A stretch of 64,000 nt of DNA from NCBI GenBank assembly GCA_050015395.1, contig JBEKBM010000016.1:11510-75509 (forward strand), read 5' to 3'. Each line of letters begins with the position of its first letter. The first letter of the stretch is position 1. A program made the translations under genes and the position numbers. This document shows, piece after piece, positions 58,298 through 64,000 of this stretch. This stretch comes from Candidatus Bathyarchaeia archaeon. GTDB lineage: Archaea; Thermoproteota; Bathyarchaeia; Bathyarchaeales; Bathycorpusculaceae. The notes beneath the pieces are model-generated. The model ran no database searches and was not told the origin of the DNA. It saw only the letters and a list, made by a program, of their open reading frames with translations.

Positions 58298-59461
58298 TTG
58301 AAGAACTTAAAAGTTTTCTTTTACATTGACGCCTTAGACTCAAGTATTCTTACTTCCACACACATGCCTTTTCTGTATAATATTGCAGCGAAACATTCAC
58401 GTTGGGACTTACACAATGTCTTAGGTTATTCTTTTGCAATACAAGCATGTATGCTTAGCGGCAAATATCCGGAGGAAAACAATCATTGGATGCCTTATTT
58501 CTACTCTCCTGAGTCTTCGCCGACCCTTTTCAAATTGCTTAACAAAATTGGAATTCTTTTTCCAATAGATAAGCAACCTTCGCTTCGCTTCATCATTGAA
58601 GGGCAATGCAGAAAGTTGTTGCTTAACAAAGGCGTGCATATAAATAATGTTCCTCTAGGGATAGTCAACAAAATCTCTTTGTACCCCTATTATTATATGT
58701 GCGAGTTGCCATTTTTTGATGAACTTAGTATTACATTTGACAGAAATGATTCGAAGTTAACATATATAGGTCCGCCTTTCATTAGAAAGCATTTCTACAG
58801 TATTTTGCTTGAACATGTTAAGGCATCCCAAAGGGACAATGAAACTGTATTTGTGTATGATGACGCTCTTGACGGCCTCGGTCACAAATTTGGACCGACA
58901 TCGCAAGAGTATCTTTTGTATGCGAGGTCTTTAGACAGGGTTCTAAATAGCGTGTACCGGCAGCTAAGAGCAACTTATGGGGATCGTTTAACATTTCTAG
59001 TCTTTTCTGATCATGGGCAATCTCAACTAAAAGGCAGTTTTGATATTATTTCACAGATAGAAGCTTACGATTTACATTTCGCAAAAGACTATATCTGCTT
59101 TGTTGATGCAACAATGGCTATGTTTTGGGTTACAGATAAGGCTGTAAGAGAAAAAATCACTAGTGCATTGTCTTCATTAAAATTTGGAACATTGCTTTCT
59201 AATTCGCAGAGGAAAAAATATAACTTGCAATTTAGAAATGAAAAAATGTATGGCGACTTAATATACGTCATGAATCCCGGCTGGTCACTTTTTCCGAATT
59301 TTTTTTCGCCTTTTCATCCAATGAAAGGTTTACATGGATACCTGCCAGAGGAACCTGTACAAAACGCGTTCCTTATTTCAGACACAGCTATAGATCATGA
59401 TATCTTTCACATAAAGGACATAAAAGATGTCTTAATAGGGCTATCGCGTGATTTCCATTAA
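58298..59461 (+). CDS. Alkaline phosphatase superfamily (NPP-like) protein
   Basis: YIDAL, GYS, LDGLGHKFGP, FSDHGQ, KGLHGY. Confidence 0.85.
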   Translation: MKNLKVFFYIDALDSSILTSTHMPFLYNIAAKHSRWDLHNVLGYSFAIQACMLSGKYPEENNHWMPYFYSPESSPTLFKLLNKIGILFPIDKQPSLRFIIEGQCRKLLLNKGVHINNVPLGIVNKISLYPYYYMCELPFFDELSITFDRNDSKLTYIGPPFIRKHFYSILLEHVKASQRDNETVFVYDDALDGLGHKFGPTSQEYLLYARSLDRVLNSVYRQLRATYGDRLTFLVFSDHGQSQLKGSFDIISQIEAYDLHFAKDYICFVDATMAMFWVTDKAVREKITSALSSLKFGTLLSNSQRKKYNLQFRNEKMYGDLIYVMNPGWSLFPNFFSPFHPMKGLHGYLPEEPVQNAFLISDTAIDHDIFHIKDIKDVLIGLSRDFH

Positions 59462-59519
59462 ATTGAAATTAATAAAGTCTATAAGAAATAATCGCTTAGC
59501 TAATGTAGGGTGAGTAGAA

Positions 59520-60230
59520 ATTTCAACTGCTTATAGTGAAAGTGCAGCAGTATGTTATGATCAGAAACGTTTTACAACTGAAGATGGCAAACTTTTTGAT
59601 AAGTTGGAAAAGGACAGATTAAATGAAGCAATACATGTTGTGCCAAAAGAGTGCGAAGTATTGGAAGTAGGCGCTGGGACAGGTCGATTCTCTTTACACC
59701 TGGAAAAGCTAGGGTATAAAACATATATTTCGGATTTATCCAAGCCTATGATAACGATTTGTAAGGATAAATTCAATTCAAAACAATCGCAATTTATTGG
59801 GTTAGTTTGTTCTTCAACCCATTTACCTTTTCGACCGGAGACATTCGGTTTTGTTTTTTCAATTCGTGTGCTGAATCAACTTTCTTCTCCTCAGGCAGCA
59901 TTGCAAACAATTCGCGAAATGATACGCGTTTGTAGAAAAGACGGGCATGTACTCATAGAATTTGTAAATGAATCTGGATTATCATACCTTGGAAGACGGC
60001 GCACAACTTTTTTATCTGTGAATGGTGTCAAAAACTTGGTTCGCCAGATGGACAAGGTAACTATCGAGAACAATTGGGGTATCTTGTTTTTCTCCCAATC
60101 AGTACTTAAGCGAATACCGGCAAAGGTTGCACCTATATTTATCGAAATAGACAAGAAATTTTGTACTGTTTTAAAATTCCACGCAACACGCTGCTACATA
60201 TTACTTAAAAAAAGCGCTTTCGTTCAATAA
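59520..60230 (+). CDS. Class I SAM-dependent methyltransferase; probable ATT start
   Basis: VLEVGAGTGRF, DLS..M, LPF; upstream in-frame YDQKRF..GKLFD. Confidence 0.85.
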   Translation: MSTAYSESAAVCYDQKRFTTEDGKLFDKLEKDRLNEAIHVVPKECEVLEVGAGTGRFSLHLEKLGYKTYISDLSKPMITICKDKFNSKQSQFIGLVCSSTHLPFRPETFGFVFSIRVLNQLSSPQAALQTIREMIRVCRKDGHVLIEFVNESGLSYLGRRRTTFLSVNGVKNLVRQMDKVTIENNWGILFFSQSVLKRIPAKVAPIFIEIDKKFCTVLKFHATRCYILLKKSAFVQ

Positions 60231-60248
60231 AAACTGGACTAATAAACC

Positions 60249-61373
60249 ATGAAAATAGGTCTGTTTGTTCTCGGTGCTCAATATAGACCCAAATTTTTTG
60301 ATGTAGTTTCAGGGCATGTTCAGGTTGCATTAAAAACAGCGGAAATTTTGCAGAGAAATGGACATGAAGTAACCATCATAACAAATGAAGCGCCAAGTAA
60401 TTGCAACGTTCCTCCGATCATATCATTAGATAAGATTAAGGTTAACAAAGTTGCAAATATTCAAAATAATTCACTAAAATTCACTGTCCCAATTCATTTC
60501 TTAAGCCTTAGGAAATTAATTTGTCAAAGTCATTTCGATTCTCTGCATTTCTTTGGAGCAAATAGCACAGCTTATTTGTTATCATCAATAAAAGCATCTA
60601 ATGTAAAAATAAAATCATTGATGACATTTACTAATTATAATCAACCACGCAATAGAATTCAAAGACTTGTTGAGAGAAATTTGTTCAGTCGTATAGATCA
60701 AAATATCGCGTTAACAGAGTATACACAACGAAATATGATGAAGGATGGTTTTAAAGTCGAGATAACTTTCCCTGGAGTTTTAAAGAAATACGATTTTGAC
60801 CCGTTTAAAAACATCTTTCGGAAAGAAAAAGACGCTGTTTTGTTTTGGCGTTCTGCAACATTAGAAAATGGTCTAGACGTTTGTATCGAGGTTTTCAAAA
60901 GATTGAGCGACGAGTATGAATCGACGGAGTTTATTTTTGCGATTCGTTCAACTAATAAATTCGGGAAAGAATTAGTGAACGTGACTACCAATCACAAAAA
61001 CATAAAGCTTTATCTTCACCCATACAAGGAAAGATCTTTTTCGGATCTAATGAGTTCGGCATCTTGCGTTTTATTGCCGTTTCGCGAACTTTCAATAAAT
61101 CCGCAGTTTGCTGTTTTGGAAACTTTGTTAAGTGGAATACCGCTAGTAACTACAGATGTGGAATCTAACAAGGAGCTTGTTTCTGACCAATCGCTAATCA
61201 ATTTTGTAAAGCCTTCCGATATTCAACAAACTTATCATGCAGTAAAATCACTGCTCGAAAGTAAGACTGAAGCACAAAAAAGAGCTGAGAAGGCTAAATT
61301 ACAGGTAGCCAGAAAGTGGAACTGGTCGTCATATGAGCATAGATTGGTCGATATTTATGAAAGACTTTTTTGA
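60249..61373 (+). CDS. Divergent GT4-fold glycosyltransferase
   Basis: GHEVTII, VLETLLSGIPLVTT, W.W C-terminus. Confidence 0.75.
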   Translation: MKIGLFVLGAQYRPKFFDVVSGHVQVALKTAEILQRNGHEVTIITNEAPSNCNVPPIISLDKIKVNKVANIQNNSLKFTVPIHFLSLRKLICQSHFDSLHFFGANSTAYLLSSIKASNVKIKSLMTFTNYNQPRNRIQRLVERNLFSRIDQNIALTEYTQRNMMKDGFKVEITFPGVLKKYDFDPFKNIFRKEKDAVLFWRSATLENGLDVCIEVFKRLSDEYESTEFIFAIRSTNKFGKELVNVTTNHKNIKLYLHPYKERSFSDLMSSASCVLLPFRELSINPQFAVLETLLSGIPLVTTDVESNKELVSDQSLINFVKPSDIQQTYHAVKSLLESKTEAQKRAEKAKLQVARKWNWSSYEHRLVDIYERLF

Positions 61374-62511
61374 AAAAATTCAGTTTAGATTAAAATTAGA
61401 GAAAATAATGATGCATAGATCGCAGATATTTCCAATAATCATCCTGCTATCTTTAACTGTCATCACTCGCCTTTTATTAATAACAATTGTTCCCAATGTT
61501 TATAATATTGACGCTTATACATACATTTACAAAGCAACTGGTTTAGCTCTAACTGGAAAAATTAATTTAGCTATAGGCATCCCATTTGAGGTTTTTTTAG
61601 GAATTTTTATTAAAATAGGGTTTACTTTTGGTATCGATGCAATTACGGCTTCTAGAATTTGTATGTTGCTTATATCTTGTTTACTCGTTTCTATTCTATA
61701 TCTTCTAGGCGTTAAGCTATCCGGTAGACTCTTTGGTTTTTCTGCGGCTTTACTTATGATTTTTGAGCCGTACTTTATTTCTTACTCGATAGTCCCTTAT
61801 ACAGATGTTTTTGCTGTCACATTGGCATTATGTGCTATTTATTTTGCCTTGTCAAATAATTGGCATCGGTATATTTTAGTTCCAATTTTTTTCTATCTAA
61901 CAGTGGCGACCAGAGCTGAATTCTATCCATCTTTAGTTATTCCAATTTTGTTCCTTTATTTTTATAAACTAGGGAAAATCAATTCAAAAAAGACTATATT
62001 GTTAGGCATGCTTGCTTTGGTTATTTACATTCTTCCCGCTTTATGGATATATCCAAGGGCAGTTTTGGGCAGGTTTAGCATATTTCAACGATTCTCTTTA
62101 TTCTTAAAACCGGACTCTTTAAAAATTACTTTATATGATTCATTTGGTCAATTTAATCAACCTATCTTGAACATTATCATCTTTTTTTTAATCACTGCTG
62201 GCATTTGCTTAGCACTTGTAAACTTATTTAAACCCAAAATTAGCACTCAAAGAACTGGAGAACGACTTAAAATTTCTCGCAAAAATTTTATCAAGTCAGA
62301 AGGACTAATTTTAGGGCTTTCGCTTGGACTATTTTTTATACTACACGTTATTGTTTTGACAGTCTATGGATTTGGCTACGAAGTTATCGGCAATACGGTA
62401 CAGATAGCATCGACATTGCCAGAAAGATACTTAATTCTTCCAAGCTTGTTACTTATTTATCCCTTGGTCTATCCTCTAACATTTATTATTAAAAAAATTT
62501 ATAGGAAGTAA
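61333..62511 (+). CDS. GT-C (PMT/ArnT-like) membrane glycosyltransferase
   Basis: DAYTY, TD, TRAE, ERYL; about 10 TM; start uncertain. Confidence 0.7.
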   Translation: MSIDWSIFMKDFFEKIQFRLKLEKIMMHRSQIFPIIILLSLTVITRLLLITIVPNVYNIDAYTYIYKATGLALTGKINLAIGIPFEVFLGIFIKIGFTFGIDAITASRICMLLISCLLVSILYLLGVKLSGRLFGFSAALLMIFEPYFISYSIVPYTDVFAVTLALCAIYFALSNNWHRYILVPIFFYLTVATRAEFYPSLVIPILFLYFYKLGKINSKKTILLGMLALVIYILPALWIYPRAVLGRFSIFQRFSLFLKPDSLKITLYDSFGQFNQPILNIIIFFLITAGICLALVNLFKPKISTQRTGERLKISRKNFIKSEGLILGLSLGLFFILHVIVLTVYGFGYEVIGNTVQIASTLPERYLILPSLLLIYPLVYPLTFIIKKIYRK

Positions 62512-62520
62512 TAAGTAAAA

Positions 62521-63522
62521 ATGCATGCTAAAATAAAAATTGCAAAAATATCGAAAAAAATGATAAGTTTGATCATCGTTTTTGTTCTTCTTTCTGCAAT
62601 TTATACCTTTTACTGTACTTCTATGTGGCAAAATGCAGTTACGTATTCAAAAGATTCAGGCGCGGCCGCAGTTGCACGTGCCGATGTTGGCAAATTTTTG
62701 TCAGAAAATCTTCATAATAACGAGACCGCTATTGTAGCCATACCTAATGTTTACTATGTTTTGTACCCTGATCTGAGAGGAAAATTGGTTGATTACGCTT
62801 CTATATGGAATTTAGCAGGTGTGGAGATCGGTCAGCGTGCGAATCAAGAGGACGTTCTAAAAGTAAGAAATTATTTTATTAACTTTCTTAAGGCGAATCA
62901 GAATGTAAAATATGCTGTCAATGATCCAGGGAATCCGTATTCTGCTTTTCTCTTTAACGCCGCAAATTACGACGAACTCATATCTATTCTTAATGAAGTC
63001 AAAAACTATACTTACACATTGAGTACTGGTTGGTCTAGCAAGTTAACGATCTATCAGAGAGCGCAATATCATTTATCGTTTAACATTAATTTTTCGTCTA
63101 TTCAGACAAATTATTCTGTAGCGCCTTCTGACACTTCAGTTCAATTCTTTAATAATAGTATTTCAATTGAAAAAGAAACTTCAAAAGTAGGCTTCTATAT
63201 TCCGATTAGCGATACAGCGATTGATACCTCAAAGAGTAACCTCTTATCAGTAGAAATGAAGTCAAGTTGTCAAAACTCACAATTTACATTTGTCTTTTAT
63301 TATGACAAAAACAAAGACGGCTCTTTCAGTGGTTATGGCGTTGATTATGCAAAAAGCATAGTGCTAAATCAGACAAAGCTGGGATTGACTGCTGGCTCAT
63401 TGTGCAATCTATATCTTCCTATTCCAAGTTCAGATTATAAAGTTGTTCAAATAGCGATAATAATTGCCGGTGATCAAAATGGAACAATTAATCTATCTAA
63501 TTTGCAGGTATTTGAAAGTTAA
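62521..63522 (+). CDS. Membrane-anchored extracellular protein
   Basis: N-terminal TM, Ser/Asn-rich beta-like C-terminus, DKNKDG loop. Confidence 0.7.
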   Translation: MHAKIKIAKISKKMISLIIVFVLLSAIYTFYCTSMWQNAVTYSKDSGAAAVARADVGKFLSENLHNNETAIVAIPNVYYVLYPDLRGKLVDYASIWNLAGVEIGQRANQEDVLKVRNYFINFLKANQNVKYAVNDPGNPYSAFLFNAANYDELISILNEVKNYTYTLSTGWSSKLTIYQRAQYHLSFNINFSSIQTNYSVAPSDTSVQFFNNSISIEKETSKVGFYIPISDTAIDTSKSNLLSVEMKSSCQNSQFTFVFYYDKNKDGSFSGYGVDYAKSIVLNQTKLGLTAGSLCNLYLPIPSSDYKVVQIAIIIAGDQNGTINLSNLQVFES

Positions 63523-63567
63523 GACCTTATGTTTAATTATGCTTCTTAATCTTTTTAGTGGTGTTAA

Positions 63568-63972
63568 ATGAGTAATCAGTTGAGATTAAATTTTCCAATG
63601 GCACAATTTGATTGTGAGGATGCTCCAATAAGGAATATTGCAAAGAAATCGCTTGATTTTTTGATAGAAAACGTCGGGGTTGACAATATCCAATCCGTAC
63701 TTCTCACAGGCAGTCTAGCAAATGGTGAAGGTACCGTTATCAAATCTGATAATTCTTTGCTCGAAAGCGATTTTGATATTGAAGTTTACTTAAATTTTTT
63801 TAAATTCATCAAGCTTAAAAATCATATTTTGAATATTTCGGATCAAATCTCAAAAAAGCTTGAGAGAGGTGGAGTTAACACTCATGTACTTTTTCTTCCT
63901 ACGCGCCAGTCCGTTGCTAAATTATTTGGATTGACATTTTCTTGCTTTATCAATTTGTATTCGATTGAATAA
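63568..63972 (+). CDS. Second nucleotidyltransferase-like paralog, short or truncated
   Basis: VLLTGSLANGEGTVIK..SDFDIEV; aligns to N-terminal third of 57027..58244. Confidence 0.6.
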   Translation: MSNQLRLNFPMAQFDCEDAPIRNIAKKSLDFLIENVGVDNIQSVLLTGSLANGEGTVIKSDNSLLESDFDIEVYLNFFKFIKLKNHILNISDQISKKLERGGVNTHVLFLPTRQSVAKLFGLTFSCFINLYSIE

Positions 63973-64000
63973 ACAGTCTAGTATGGAGAAGAATGAGGGT

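Noticed and set aside
1-64000. CRISPR array, rRNA, RNase P or SRP RNA
   Set aside because: No regularly spaced short repeats or diagnostic consensus seen; tRNA-end repeats are over 1 kb apart

Overview
Archaeal (TACK-like, most resembling Bathyarchaeia; inferred from gene content, not proven) 64 kb window. 1-14 kb is an energy cluster on the minus strand: hoxEFUY (hoxY cut by the window edge) and hdrA(N)-hdrA(C)-mvhD'-hdrA(fused)-mvhD-hdrC-hdrB-mvhG with no mvhA. 14-20 kb holds an Lrp-type regulator, an IS remnant, a Pat-type acyl-CoA ligase/GNAT fusion, a livF pseudogene and paaK. 20-27.7 kb is an accessory/defence stretch: a repeat-flanked archaeal ATPase, a MORC/GHKL ATPase with a DUF1016-N-like partner, and a type II R-M pair, ending at an atypical tRNA-Thr(UGU) whose promoter and 5' half are duplicated. 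27.7-31.1 kb is core: an RsmC-like MTase, cbf5 interrupted by a 24-nt BHB intron in the catalytic Asp codon, and rpl14e. 31.6-34.1 kb is an intron-containing tRNA-Leu(UAA) followed by two single-gene, integrase-free cassettes, each closed by a copy of the tRNA 3' end. Then come tRNA-Arg(CCU), membrane proteins, SSB and a complete NHEJ operon (PrimPol, Ku, Lig-PE). 44.7-64 kb is a surface-glycosylation locus with an embedded toxin-antitoxin island and unusual nucleotidyltransferase/alkaline-phosphatase-family genes. All calls come from motif recognition by eye; no database searches were run.
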